Below are positions 11,464 through 27,461 of a stretch of DNA of 64,000 nt, one piece after another. Source of the DNA: Escherichia coli (GTDB lineage: Bacteria; Pseudomonadota; Gammaproteobacteria; Enterobacterales; Enterobacteriaceae). The number at the start of each line of letters is the position of its first letter. The stretch's first letter is position 1. The notes beneath the pieces were generated by a model, which saw nothing but the letters and a program-made list of their open reading frames with translations, made no database searches and had not been told where the DNA came from. Location of the stretch: the NCBI RefSeq assembly GCF_044324785.1, contig NZ_CP172127.1. One strand, written 5' to 3'. Made by a program: the position numbers and the translations under genes.

Positions 11464-12462
11464 ATGAAAACGTTAGGTGAATTTATTGTCGAAAAGCAGC
11501 ACGAGTTTTCTCATGCTACCGGTGAGCTCACTGCTTTGCTGTCGGCAATAAAACTGGGCGCCAAGATTATCCATCGCGATATCAACAAAGCAGGACTGGT
11601 TGATATCCTGGGTGCCAGCGGTGCTGAGAACGTGCAGGGCGAGGTTCAGCAGAAACTCGACTTGTTCGCTAATGAAAAACTGAAAGCCGCACTGAAAGCA
11701 CGCGATATCGTTGCGGGCATTGCCTCTGAAGAAGAAGATGAGATTGTCGTCTTTGAAGGCTGTGAACACGCAAAATACGTGGTGCTGATGGACCCCCTGG
11801 ATGGCTCGTCCAACATCGATGTTAACGTCTCTGTCGGTACCATTTTCTCCATCTACCGCCGCGTTACGCCTGTCGGCACGCCGGTAACGGAAGAAGATTT
11901 CCTCCAGCCTGGTAACAAACAGGTTGCGGCAGGTTACGTGGTATACGGCTCCTCTACCATGCTGGTTTACACCACCGGATGCGGTGTTCACGCCTTTACT
12001 TACGATCCTTCGCTCGGCGTTTTCTGCCTGTGCCAGGAACGGATGCGCTTCCCGGAGAAAGGCAAAACCTACTCCATCAACGAAGGAAACTACATTAAGT
12101 TTCCGAACGGGGTGAAGAAGTACATTAAATTCTGCCAGGAAGAAGATAAGTCCACCAACCGCCCTTATACCTCACGTTATATCGGTTCACTGGTCGCGGA
12201 TTTCCACCGTAACCTGCTGAAAGGCGGTATTTATCTCTACCCAAGCACCGCCAGCCACCCGGACGGTAAACTGCGTTTACTGTATGAGTGCAACCCGATG
12301 GCATTCCTGGCGGAACAAGCGGGCGGTAAAGCGAGCGATGGCAAAGAGCGTATTCTGGATATCATCCCGGAAACCCTGCACCAGCGCCGTTCGTTCTTTG
12401 TCGGCAACGACCATATGGTTGAAGATGTCGAACGCTTTATCCGTGAGTTCCCGGACGCGTAA
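11464..12462 (+). CDS. fbp: Fructose-1,6-bisphosphatase class I
   Basis: 332 aa from internal ATG ([15 protein letters not shown]...); upstream extension of ORF track rejected. Confidence 0.92.
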
Positions 12463-12470
12463 TCTCCTGC

Positions 12471-12497
12471 GCCTCTCCACACGGAGAGGCGTTTTTA
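12471..12497. terminator. Hairpin plus T-run between convergent fbp and yjfF (bidirectional terminator)
   Basis: GCCTCTCC-ACAC-GGAGAGGC followed by TTTTTAT. Confidence 0.5.
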
Positions 12498-13490
12498 TCG
12501 CTGCGCAATGTTGACTCTTGTCACAGGCGAACTCTGACGATTCTCCCACAGCACCGTTAATCCACGCTGTAATGCTATAAAAATAAACAACAAAATACCG
12601 ATGGCGATTTTCGTCCACCATGAGCTCAGCGTGCCATCAAAGTTTATGTAAGTCTGAATCAGTCCCTGAATCGCCACGCCAAAAAGCGTCCCTAATACCG
12701 TTCCAACGCCACCGCTCAAAAGCGTACCGCCAATCACCACTGAGGCGATAGCGTCCAGTTCCACACCTACGCCCGCCAGCGCATATCCGGCCTGGGTATA
12801 AATCGAGAAGACAATCCCCGCCAGCGTTGCCAGTCCGGTGGAAAGCATATAAATGCGAATAGTGGTGCTGCGAGTGGAAATCCCCATCAGGTTTGCCGAC
12901 GTTGCGTTGCCGCCAATGGCGTATACCTGATTACCAAAACGGGTACGATGCGCGAGGAATATGCCGATAACCACCACCGCCAGCATCAGCAGTCCCATCG
13001 CACTTAAGCGACCGCCGCCAGGGATTTTCCACGCAAGGCTTGAGAGCGTGTCATAAACAGGATGGTTTATCGGGATCGACTCTTCCGAAACGAGATAGCT
13101 GACGCCACGCAAAAAGAACATTCCTGCCAAAGTAATGATAAACGCCGGGATCTTCAGGGCGTCGATCAAAAGCCCCATAAATGCGCCGAAGGCACAGCCC
13201 ATCACCAGCACCAGTGGAAACGCCAGCAGCGGCGAGAGGCCGAAATCGCCAATCACTTTTGCCAGAAACACGCCGGTAAAGGCGATCACCGAACCGACGG
13301 AGAGATCGATCCCACCGGAGAGGATCACAAAGGTCATGCCAACGGCAATGATCCCAAGAAAAGCATTATCGGTCAGGATATTGCAGATCACTCTTGTGGA
13401 AGCAAAACCGGGAAACTGCGTCAGACAGTAGAGATAACCCAGCACAAAGACGCCGATGGTGATCATAAGCGGCAGGTTACGTTTTATCAC
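12495..13490 (-). CDS. yjfF: ABC transporter permease (galactofuranose/sugar family)
   Basis: 331 aa polytopic permease; GTG start; overlaps ytfT 3' end by 14 nt. Confidence 0.85.
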   Translation of the reverse strand: MIKRNLPLMITIGVFVLGYLYCLTQFPGFASTRVICNILTDNAFLGIIAVGMTFVILSGGIDLSVGSVIAFTGVFLAKVIGDFGLSPLLAFPLVLVMGCAFGAFMGLLIDALKIPAFIITLAGMFFLRGVSYLVSEESIPINHPVYDTLSSLAWKIPGGGRLSAMGLLMLAVVVIGIFLAHRTRFGNQVYAIGGNATSANLMGISTRSTTIRIYMLSTGLATLAGIVFSIYTQAGYALAGVGVELDAIASVVIGGTLLSGGVGTVLGTLFGVAIQGLIQTYINFDGTLSSWWTKIAIGILLFIFIALQRGLTVLWENRQSSPVTRVNIAQR

Positions 13491-14502
13491 GGCTACGCAC
13501 TCCTTTAATCAGACTGATAAAGCGTTGCGACTGAACAATCAGCACGCAAAGCACCACTACCGCTTTCACCACCTGGTTCATCTCTGGCGGAAAGCCCGAA
13601 AGCAAAATTCCGGTGTTCATCCCCTGAATAATCAGCGCCCCTACCACTGAGAGCAGCAGGTTAAAACGCCCGCCCATCAGCGATCCGCCGCCAATCACCA
13701 CCGCAAGAATGGCGTCCAGCTCCAGCCATAATCCGGCGTTGTTGGCATCGGCACCGCGAATATCCGCCGCCACGATAATGCCCGCAATCGCCGCACACAG
13801 CCCGCTCAACACATAAGTGAGCATGACGATGATTCGTGTGTTGACTCCGGCATTTTTGGCCGCCCGAATGTTGATACCAACGGCTTCGATAAACATCCCC
13901 AGTGCCGTTTTGCGGGTCAACAGCCAGAAGAGGAGAAGCGTCAGTACCGCAATAATGACTGGTGTTGGCAAGAACACCAGCGATCCGCTGCCAAACCATG
14001 AAAGATCCGGCGAGTTAAACGTGACGATCTGTCCGGAGGTGATCAGTTGCGCCACGCCGCGCCCGGCGACCATCAGGATCAGGGTGGCAACAAACGGCTG
14101 AATTTTGAGGATCGCTACCAGTATGCCGTTCCACAATCCCGCCAGGATGCCAGTGCCCAGGGCACTTAACAAAACAATTGGCAGGCTGAATCCCGCGACC
14201 GTCATCGCAGCCGTTGTGGCTCCGGCGATAGCCATCACCGCCCCCACGGAGAGATCAATCCCACCTGTTGCGATCACCAGCGTCATTCCGATAGCCAACA
14301 GCGCAACGGGGGCCGCACGGTTAAGAATGTCGATAGGGCTACCGAACAAACGCCCATCCTGAAGCACCACCTGCCAGAAATGCGGGGCCACCAGACTGTC
14401 GACCAGCAGCACCAGCAATAGCGCTACCAGCTGCGGCATCCCCGTCGGCCAGCAAAAGCGCCTTTTTGGCGTAGTGGTGTCCGGAAGAGATTGAGGCATC
14501 AC
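13477..14502 (-). CDS. ytfT: ABC transporter permease
   Basis: Permease; start placed at GTG (V8 of ORF-track protein) 6 nt after a perfect AAGGAG RBS, giving 341 aa; ORF-track TTG start at 14523 is less likely. Confidence 0.8.
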   Translation of the reverse strand: MMPQSLPDTTTPKRRFCWPTGMPQLVALLLVLLVDSLVAPHFWQVVLQDGRLFGSPIDILNRAAPVALLAIGMTLVIATGGIDLSVGAVMAIAGATTAAMTVAGFSLPIVLLSALGTGILAGLWNGILVAILKIQPFVATLILMVAGRGVAQLITSGQIVTFNSPDLSWFGSGSLVFLPTPVIIAVLTLLLFWLLTRKTALGMFIEAVGINIRAAKNAGVNTRIIVMLTYVLSGLCAAIAGIIVAADIRGADANNAGLWLELDAILAVVIGGGSLMGGRFNLLLSVVGALIIQGMNTGILLSGFPPEMNQVVKAVVVLCVLIVQSQRFISLIKGVRSRDKT

Positions 14503-14512
14503 ACTGTTCTCC

Positions 14513-16015
14513 TTACGCCGCAATGGCGTTCATGATCGCCGGAACGGAAAGCTCTGCCAGCGGGATCTCCGCCACCTGTTTGCGATCGCGCATGATAATC
14601 ACCCGGTCGGCATAGCCCACCAGCTCTTCCAGTTCAGAGGAGATCACCAGCAGTGCCAGACCGTCAGCGCATAGCGTTTCAATCAGGCGGATGATCTCGG
14701 CATGCGCACCAACATCAATGCCGCGGGTTGGCTCATCAAGGATCAAAAATTGCGGTCGGGTCAGTAGCCAACGTGAAAGCAACACTTTTTGCTGATTGCC
14801 GCCGGAGAGAAATTCAATCGGTTGTTCAGTTGAAGGTGTGCGAATGCCAAGCTGGCGGATAAAGCGTTCGGCAATCTCTTGCTGTTCTTTGCGGGAAATC
14901 GGTCGTAACCAGCCGCGCTGGGCCTGGAGAGCGAGGATGATATTTTCCCGCACCGAGGCGGCGGCGATGATGCCATCGGTTTTCCTGTCTTCCGGGCAGA
15001 AGCCGATACCCAGTACCGAAGCCTGATGTGGCGATCGCAGGGTTTGCTGTTTGCCTTTGATCAACGCCGTGCCGCTGTCAGCAGGTTTGATACCGAAGAT
15101 CACTTCGGCGGTTTCGGTACGTCCTGATCCCAGCAAGCCTGCCAAGCCAACGATCTCGCCGGGGCGTACTTCGAGATCAAACGGTGCGATCGTTCCTTTT
15201 TTACCGTAATTTTTGAACGCGGCAACGGGTTTGTCGCTCAGCAATGTTCGTCCGGCACGCTGTAGCGCGTGGGTGTCCAGCTCGCGCCCCAGCATCATTT
15301 TTACCAGTTCGATCTGCGGTAGCTCGCGGGTTTCCCGACAGCCTACGAAACTGCCGTTGCGTAAGACGGTGATCCGATCGCTGACCTGATAGACCTGATC
15401 GAGAAAGTGAGTGACAAAGATCAGGCTGACGCCGCGATCGCGCAACTGGCGCATCAAGCCAAACAGCAACTCTACTTCCTGAGTGTCGAGGCTGGCGGTG
15501 GGTTCATCGAGGATCAGCACTTTGGCGGAGAGATCGATGGCCCGACAAATGGCGACGATTTGCTGCATCGCCACCGATAAACGGTTGAGCGGTTCCCGCA
15601 CGTCGAGGGAGAAACCATACGATGCCATCAGTTCGGTGGCGCGCTTTTCCATCTCTTTGCGGCGTAGAAGGCCGAAACGTTTGGGTTCGCGACCTATGAA
15701 TAGATTATCAGCGACCGACATATTGGGTAGCAGGTTGACTTCCTGATAGACGGTGCCGATGCCGAGTTGTTGTGCGTGGGCGGTATTTTTCGGTGAGATA
15801 GTCTGGCCTTCCAGCCAGATGGTGCCGCGATCGGCGTGGTAGACACCGGTTAATGCTTTGATTAGCGTTGATTTTCCCGCCCCGTTTTCACCGAGCAGCG
15901 CCATGATTTCACCACGGCGCAGGCTGAAATCAACGTTGTCTAACGCTTTGACACCGGGGAAAAATTTACTTAATCCTTCGGTGCGGAGGATTTCCTGGTG
16001 TTGGTTAGTATTCAT
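14513..16015 (-). CDS. ytfR: ABC transporter ATP-binding protein with two ABC domains
   Basis: 500 aa from internal ATG (MNTNQHQEIL...); two Walker A motifs (GENGAGKST, GLLGSGRT). Confidence 0.85.
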   Translation of the reverse strand: MNTNQHQEILRTEGLSKFFPGVKALDNVDFSLRRGEIMALLGENGAGKSTLIKALTGVYHADRGTIWLEGQTISPKNTAHAQQLGIGTVYQEVNLLPNMSVADNLFIGREPKRFGLLRRKEMEKRATELMASYGFSLDVREPLNRLSVAMQQIVAICRAIDLSAKVLILDEPTASLDTQEVELLFGLMRQLRDRGVSLIFVTHFLDQVYQVSDRITVLRNGSFVGCRETRELPQIELVKMMLGRELDTHALQRAGRTLLSDKPVAAFKNYGKKGTIAPFDLEVRPGEIVGLAGLLGSGRTETAEVIFGIKPADSGTALIKGKQQTLRSPHQASVLGIGFCPEDRKTDGIIAAASVRENIILALQAQRGWLRPISRKEQQEIAERFIRQLGIRTPSTEQPIEFLSGGNQQKVLLSRWLLTRPQFLILDEPTRGIDVGAHAEIIRLIETLCADGLALLVISSELEELVGYADRVIIMRDRKQVAEIPLAELSVPAIMNAIAA

Positions 16016-16037
16016 AGTTTCCCCCGTTGTAAAGCGT

Positions 16038-16145
16038 GCGCCAGATAAGACACAACAGCGTCGCATCAGGCATCTCGCACAACCGCCGGATGCGGCGTGA
16101 ATGCCTTATCCGGCGGCCCACAAGTCGGCATCAGGCATTGATGCC
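16038..16145. repeat. REP/BIME cluster between ytfR and ytfQ
   Basis: Multiple GCCGGATGCGGCG.../CGCATCAGGC palindromic units. Confidence 0.55.
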
Positions 16146-16147
16146 CC

Positions 16148-17104
16148 TCAATACCCCATGTTTTTCTTCTTCTCTAACTCTTCTTTTGCGGTATCAGGCA
16201 GGTAAAGGGTGGATTTGGTCAGGGTCAGCTTTTCAGGCATGGTGCCGTCTTTTTTGTATTTCTCCAGCGCGTCAAAAGCGGGTCCCGCCATGTTCGGCGT
16301 CAGTTCAACGCTGGCGTTCGCTTCGCCATCAATCATCGCTTTGTAGATGTCCGGCACGCCGTCGATAGAGCCTGTCAGGATATCTTTGCCCGGTTTCAGG
16401 CCCGCTTCTTTAATTGCCTGAATTGCACCAATCACCATGTCATCGTTATGGGCGTAAACCATGCAGATGTTTTTGCCGTTGTTTTCCGCTTTGATAAAGC
16501 TCTCCATGACTTCTTTGCCTTTACTGCGGGTGAAGTCACCTGACTGCGAGCGGATAATTTTGATATTTGGCGCATTCTTTATGGCTTCGGCAAAGCCTTT
16601 CTTACGGTCAATGGCGACGCTGGCCCCAACGGTGCCCTGCAGCTCCACCACGTTGCATGGTTTGCCATTCACTTCTTTTACCAGCCAGTCACCAATCAAC
16701 TTGCCTTCGAGGATGTTGTCGGCAGTGACGGTGGTCATATAGAGAGACTTGTCTTTCACATCGATGGAACGATCGAGCAAGAAGACCGGGATTTCGGCAT
16801 CTTTCGCCTCTTTTAATACCGGCTCCCAACCGGTCGCTACCACTGGAGCGATAAAGATCGCATCCACCCCTTGCGCGACGAAGGAACGTACCGCTTTAAT
16901 CTGGTTTTCCTGCTTTTGCTGACCATCGGCAATTTTCAACGTAATTCCGCGCTTTTCGGCTTCACTTTTCGCCACATTGGTTTCTGCGGCGCGCCAGCCG
17001 GATTCCGATCCGACCTGCGAAAATCCAACGGTTAATGGAGCGGCCAACGCCATAGACGACATGGCTGCCGAGACTGCAGAGACTACAAGTAAGCGTTTCC
17101 ACAT
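16148..17104 (-). CDS. ytfQ: Periplasmic sugar-binding protein (galactofuranose-binding) of the ytfQRT-yjfF ABC system
   Basis: 318 aa with signal peptide, periplasmic-binding-protein fold. Confidence 0.88.
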   Translation of the reverse strand: MWKRLLVVSAVSAAMSSMALAAPLTVGFSQVGSESGWRAAETNVAKSEAEKRGITLKIADGQQKQENQIKAVRSFVAQGVDAIFIAPVVATGWEPVLKEAKDAEIPVFLLDRSIDVKDKSLYMTTVTADNILEGKLIGDWLVKEVNGKPCNVVELQGTVGASVAIDRKKGFAEAIKNAPNIKIIRSQSGDFTRSKGKEVMESFIKAENNGKNICMVYAHNDDMVIGAIQAIKEAGLKPGKDILTGSIDGVPDIYKAMIDGEANASVELTPNMAGPAFDALEKYKKDGTMPEKLTLTKSTLYLPDTAKEELEKKKNMGY

Positions 17105-17413
17105 AGGGTTGTCCTCGTCGGGGTAATTATTATTGGTGAAAAGATGTTCGCGAAAAAACTATAGACAATTCGTTATGTAACGGATTGCGTTACATCACAC
17201 TTCAAAAAAGTAAATAAAACGTTAATCACAAGTTTGTAATCGCTTTCATCTCACTATGAAAAATGCGGCTACGGTTATGGATTTTCCTGCTCTTTAAACC
17301 ACCTTAAAACTGGCTAAAAAGGAAAATGAAGAAGAAAACAAGCGAAGACATTCGGCGCGAGTTGGCTATAATACTCGGCACTTGTTTGCCACATATTTTT
17401 AAAGGAAACAGAC

Positions 17414-17944
17414 ATGAGCTTACTCAACGTCCCTGCGGGTAAAGATCTGCCGGAAGACATCTACGTTGTTATTGAGATCCCGGCTAACGCAGATCCGATC
17501 AAATACGAAATCGACAAAGAGAGCGGCGCACTGTTCGTTGACCGCTTCATGTCCACCGCGATGTTCTATCCGTGCAACTACGGTTACATCAACCACACCC
17601 TGTCTCTGGACGGTGACCCGGTTGACGTACTGGTCCCGACTCCGTACCCGCTGCAGCCGGGTTCTGTGATCCGTTGCCGTCCTGTTGGCGTTCTGAAAAT
17701 GACCGATGAAGCCGGTGAAGATGCGAAACTGGTTGCGGTTCCGCACAGCAAGCTGAGCAAAGAATACGATCACATTAAAGACGTTAACGATCTGCCTGAA
17801 CTGCTGAAAGCACAGATCGCTCACTTCTTCGAGCACTACAAAGACCTCGAAAAAGGCAAGTGGGTGAAAGTTGAAGGCTGGGAAAACGCAGAAGCCGCTA
17901 AAGCTGAAATCGTTGCCTCCTTCGAGCGCGCAAAGAATAAATAA
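17414..17944 (+). CDS. ppa: Inorganic pyrophosphatase
   Basis: 176 aa, [44 protein letters not shown] signature. Confidence 0.93.
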   Translation: MSLLNVPAGKDLPEDIYVVIEIPANADPIKYEIDKESGALFVDRFMSTAMFYPCNYGYINHTLSLDGDPVDVLVPTPYPLQPGSVIRCRPVGVLKMTDEAGEDAKLVAVPHSKLSKEYDHIKDVNDLPELLKAQIAHFFEHYKDLEKGKWVKVEGWENAEAAKAEIVASFERAKNK

Positions 17945-18022
17945 GTTCTTCTAGCGTAATAACCCTGAACGCCGGGCTTCGGTTAGTAGGGGTTTTTTAT
18001 GCCCGCGATAAATAAACACACC

Positions 18023-18373
18023 TTATTCCACCACCGCCTGCAAACGTAATAACGCCTCTTCCACCACCTCACCCGCAGCCAGACCAATACGCTTTGCCAG
18101 CCGGGCGCGTAGATCCATCATCCGCACCTGATTCACCAGCACCACGCCGTGCACATCGCCTTCTTCGCAATGTAAAGGAACGCTAAATCCGGCATAACGG
18201 GCAAAATTTCCGCCCTGCGTAATGGGGGCCACCAGCGTCATTCCCAGTTGATTAAAGGCTTGAACGGAGAGCACAAGCGCAGGTCGACCAGCACCTTGCT
18301 GTTCATGGCCGCTTGCTGGATCAAAGCCAACCAGCACAATGTCTCCCCGTTCAAATTCACTTTTCTTTACCAT
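18023..18373 (-). CDS. chpB: Toxin ChpB (MazF-family mRNA interferase)
   Basis: 116 aa PemK/MazF fold (ERGDIVLVGFDPASGHEQQGAGRPALVLS); overlaps antitoxin gene by 7 nt. Confidence 0.88.
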   Translation of the reverse strand: MVKKSEFERGDIVLVGFDPASGHEQQGAGRPALVLSVQAFNQLGMTLVAPITQGGNFARYAGFSVPLHCEEGDVHGVVLVNQVRMMDLRARLAKRIGLAAGEVVEEALLRLQAVVE

Positions 18374-18618
18374 ATTTCGTCACCCGCAGGGGTGGATTTA
18401 CCCCAGACATCCTGCTCGCTAAGTTCCGTGGCGTTCATGTCACACTGTGCCAGCAGTTCATCAAGCGAGTAGCGCCTGGAGATGGGTGTCAGAATCAGTT
18501 GATTGTTGCTCACTTGCGCCTCCACGCTCTGCCCCGGCCGTAAGTTAAGTTCTTTCATCACAACATTAGGAATGACCATACCTGAACTGTTCCCCCATCT
18601 TTTTATGGTAATACGCAT
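18367..18618 (-). CDS. chpS: Antitoxin ChpS (AbrB/MazE-type)
   Basis: 83 aa from ATG preceded by AAGGAGG RBS (MRITIKRWGNSSGMVIP...). Confidence 0.85.
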   Translation of the reverse strand: MRITIKRWGNSSGMVIPNVVMKELNLRPGQSVEAQVSNNQLILTPISRRYSLDELLAQCDMNATELSEQDVWGKSTPAGDEIW

Positions 18619-18829
18619 CTGCACCTCCTTAAGTTATACAAAGTATAACTCACGGTGCTACAGGAAACGTTTTACCCCTGCGCATTTGTGAACGCCAGCA
18701 GAGTTTTTTATGCGTTAACAGATATGGAAAGCGGCTCGGAGAGAAAAGCAAAAGGTGAGGGAATTACAAAACAGAATGCGAGTCGTCTCGCAAAAAACAA
18801 CGCCACCCGAAGGTGGCGTATGCGTATGG

Positions 18830-19171
18830 TTACTTATCCCTGTCTAACCAGTCGCCGCTTTCAATTAGCTTTAATCCATCGACGGGTCGTTGATAAACGT
18901 ACATCCATGCACTCCCGTACGGCGTCTGAATCAACTGGCGCGCGTATTCACCGCCCCTGGTGCGCAAGGCATCAAGTTCGGCCAGCGTGGCGTTGTCAAT
19001 ACGATAAACTTCACCGTGTACTGTTCCGTTCCCCGGAACTGCGCCTGGATAGTGGCCCAGGCTATACAACTGGTAGTTATCGATACTGAAATCGCCCAGT
19101 AACTGGGCATTGGTCATCCAGTGACTGTTGCCTTGTTTGTGGCGTAAACTGCCGTAGACAAATATTCGCAT
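18830..19171 (-). CDS. ytfP: Gamma-glutamylcyclotransferase-family protein YtfP
   Basis: 113 aa, MRIFVYGSLRHKQGNSHWM... (GGCT/AIG2-like); 2 nt downstream of tamB. Confidence 0.85.
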   Translation of the reverse strand: MRIFVYGSLRHKQGNSHWMTNAQLLGDFSIDNYQLYSLGHYPGAVPGNGTVHGEVYRIDNATLAELDALRTRGGEYARQLIQTPYGSAWMYVYQRPVDGLKLIESGDWLDRDK

Positions 19172-19173
19172 TG

Positions 19174-24725
<5,552 letters not shown>

Positions 24726-24888
24726 TTAAACGGCTTAACAAAAATCCAGTAATATGGATTAAAAAGCAGACTAAACCCCAAATATTTCTTATGTTTTACT
24801 TTAGACCTATTCACGGCGGTTATTGTGTGCAAATACGCCTCTTGTTACAACCTTAACCCCAATGACCGATTTTCGGGAGAGCGATACC

Positions 24889-25527
24889 ATGAGTTTATTT
24901 GATAAAAAGCATCTGGTTTCCCCCGCCGATGCCCTGCCTGGACGTAACACCCCGATGCCCGTAGCCACACTGCATGCGGTCAACGGTCACTCAATGACCA
25001 ATGTACCTGACGGAATGGAGATTGCCATTTTTGCGATGGGTTGTTTCTGGGGTGTGGAGCGTCTGTTCTGGCAGTTACCCGGCGTTTACAGCACCGCCGC
25101 AGGCTATACCGGCGGCTATACGCCAAATCCGACTTATCGGGAAGTGTGTTCCGGTGATACTGGTCATGCCGAAGCGGTACGCATTGTTTACGATCCTTCC
25201 GTCATCAGCTATGAGCAGTTGCTACAGGTATTTTGGGAGAATCACGATCCCGCCCAGGGAATGCGTCAGGGCAATGACCACGGCACGCAGTATCGTTCAG
25301 CGATTTATCCGCTGACCCCAGAACAGGATGCCGCAGCTCGCGCCAGTCTGGAACGTTTTCAGGCGGCGATGCTTGCCGCCGATGACGATCGTCGCATCAC
25401 CACGGAAATCGCGAACGCCACACCGTTTTATTATGCCGAAGATGACCACCAGCAATATCTGCATAAAAACCCGTATGGTTACTGTGGAATTGGCGGAATT
25501 GGCGTCTGTCTGCCGCCGGAAGCATAG
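24889..25527 (+). CDS. msrA: Peptide methionine sulfoxide reductase A
   Basis: 212 aa from internal ATG ([19 protein letters not shown]...), active site GCFWG. Confidence 0.92.
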   Translation: MSLFDKKHLVSPADALPGRNTPMPVATLHAVNGHSMTNVPDGMEIAIFAMGCFWGVERLFWQLPGVYSTAAGYTGGYTPNPTYREVCSGDTGHAEAVRIVYDPSVISYEQLLQVFWENHDPAQGMRQGNDHGTQYRSAIYPLTPEQDAAARASLERFQAAMLAADDDRRITTEIANATPFYYAEDDHQQYLHKNPYGYCGIGGIGVCLPPEA

Positions 25528-25573
25528 CGTTACGGGTACAAATGTAGATTGTTGATAAAGTGCGTTTTGTTTA

Positions 25574-25672
25574 TGCCGGATGCGACGTAAACGCCTTGCC
25601 AGGCCTACAAAACCCTCCAAATTCAATATATTGCAGGGACTTCGTAGGCCTGATCGGCATAGCGCATCAGGC
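25574..25672. repeat. REP elements between msrA and ytfL
   Basis: GCCGGATGCGACGTAAACGCCTTGCCAGGCCTACA and inverted partner. Confidence 0.5.
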
Positions 25673-25849
25673 AGTTTTTCATTTATCAACAGTCTGAATT
25701 TTAACCCTCTGGCGGCTTTACAGTACCTTACGCTATACTAGCCACTGAAAATGCCGGTTCACTTTCTTCGAATCGGCTTTCAATGTGTATTTCACACAAA
25801 TTAATCAACTTCCCCTTCCGAGGATCTGGCCTGAAAGGTCGGATAAGAT

Positions 25850-27193
25850 ATGTTAAACAGTATTTTAGTCATACTCTGCTTGATCGCTGTAAGTGCGTTC
25901 TTCTCGATGTCCGAGATCTCGCTTGCCGCTTCACGCAAAATCAAACTTAAACTGCTGGCTGATGAAGGCAATATAAATGCCCAACGCGTTCTGAATATGC
26001 AGGAAAATCCCGGCATGTTCTTTACCGTGGTCCAAATCGGTCTGAACGCAGTGGCGATTCTCGGCGGTATCGTCGGTGATGCGGCATTTTCTCCAGCTTT
26101 TCACAGCCTGTTCTCCCGCTATATGTCGGCAGAACTCTCTGAGCAACTGAGCTTTATTCTCTCTTTCTCGTTAGTGACTGGCATGTTTATCCTGTTTGCG
26201 GATTTAACCCCGAAACGCATCGGTATGATTGCGCCAGAAGCTGTGGCTTTGCGTATCATCAACCCGATGCGCTTCTGCCTGTACGTTTGCACCCCGCTGG
26301 TGTGGTTCTTCAACGGACTGGCGAACATGATCTTCCGTATTTTCAAACTGCCAATGGTACGTAAAGATGACATCACTTCTGATGACATCTACGCGGTAGT
26401 GGAAGCCGGTGCGCTGGCGGGCGTGTTACGTAAACAGGAACACGAGCTGATTGAAAACGTCTTTGAGCTGGAATCCCGTACCGTTCCGTCGTCAATGACA
26501 CCGCGTGAAAACGTGATTTGGTTTGATCTCCACGAAGATGAGCAAAGTCTGAAGAATAAGGTGGCGGAACATCCACACTCTAAGTTCCTCGTCTGTAATG
26601 AAGATATTGACCACATCATCGGCTATGTCGATTCTAAAGACCTGCTGAACCGCGTGCTGGCTAACCAAAGCCTGGCACTGAACAGCGGCGTACAAATTCG
26701 CAACACGCTGATTGTGCCGGATACGTTAACCCTTTCAGAGGCGTTGGAAAGTTTTAAAACCGCAGGTGAAGACTTCGCGGTGATCATGAACGAGTACGCG
26801 CTGGTAGTGGGGATCATCACCCTCAACGACGTGATGACCACGCTGATGGGCGATCTGGTCGGTCAGGGGCTGGAAGAGCAGATTGTCGCCCGTGATGAGA
26901 ACTCATGGCTGATTGACGGCGGCACTCCGATTGACGACGTCATGCGCGTGCTGGATATTGACGAGTTCCCGCAGTCGGGCAACTACGAAACCATTGGCGG
27001 CTTTATGATGTTTATGCTGCGTAAGATTCCGAAACGCACCGATTCGGTGAAATTCGCCGGCTACAAATTTGAAGTGGTGGATATCGATAACTACCGCATC
27101 GACCAGCTGCTGGTGACCCGAATCGACAGCAAGGCCACCGCCCTTTCGCCAAAATTGCCTGATGCTAAAGATAAAGAAGAAAGCGTCGCGTAA
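25850..27193 (+). CDS. ytfL: UPF0053/CNNM-family inner membrane protein (DUF21 + CBS pair + CorC_HlyC)
   Basis: 447 aa; N-terminal membrane domain, CBS region, C-terminal transporter-associated domain. Confidence 0.88.
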   Translation: MLNSILVILCLIAVSAFFSMSEISLAASRKIKLKLLADEGNINAQRVLNMQENPGMFFTVVQIGLNAVAILGGIVGDAAFSPAFHSLFSRYMSAELSEQLSFILSFSLVTGMFILFADLTPKRIGMIAPEAVALRIINPMRFCLYVCTPLVWFFNGLANMIFRIFKLPMVRKDDITSDDIYAVVEAGALAGVLRKQEHELIENVFELESRTVPSSMTPRENVIWFDLHEDEQSLKNKVAEHPHSKFLVCNEDIDHIIGYVDSKDLLNRVLANQSLALNSGVQIRNTLIVPDTLTLSEALESFKTAGEDFAVIMNEYALVVGIITLNDVMTTLMGDLVGQGLEEQIVARDENSWLIDGGTPIDDVMRVLDIDEFPQSGNYETIGGFMMFMLRKIPKRTDSVKFAGYKFEVVDIDNYRIDQLLVTRIDSKATALSPKLPDAKDKEESVA

Positions 27194-27209
27194 CCCCCAG
27201 AAACATCAA

Positions 27210-27236
27210 CGGCTCCTGAATCAGGAGCCGTCTTAT
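27210..27236. terminator. Hairpin between convergent ytfL and ytfK
   Basis: CGGCTCCTGA-ATC-AGGAGCCG then TCTTATT. Confidence 0.45.
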
Positions 27237-27254
27237 TACTGCATAGCACTTTGG

Positions 27255-27461
27255 TTAAGCCATCTCTGTTTGCAGACGCATAACCTGACGGTTAACTTCG
27301 GACATCACTGACAAATGCAGCTTATCCTTCACTTTTGGGATAAGAATCTTACCCTTATCAAATTCAAAAGCGCCAACGTCCTTGATGTATAACCGTCCAC
27401 GGAACAGGATCTTTACGTACTTCGCCACCTGAAGTGGGTTGTACCGTTGGAAAATTTTCAT
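27255..27461 (-). CDS. ytfK: Small DUF1107 protein YtfK
   Basis: 68 aa from internal ATG ([43 protein letters not shown]...). Confidence 0.8.

Noticed and set aside
17945-18000. Terminator hairpin after ppa
   Set aside because: A T-run is present at about 17992-17998 but I could not pair a convincing stem by eye; left unannotated
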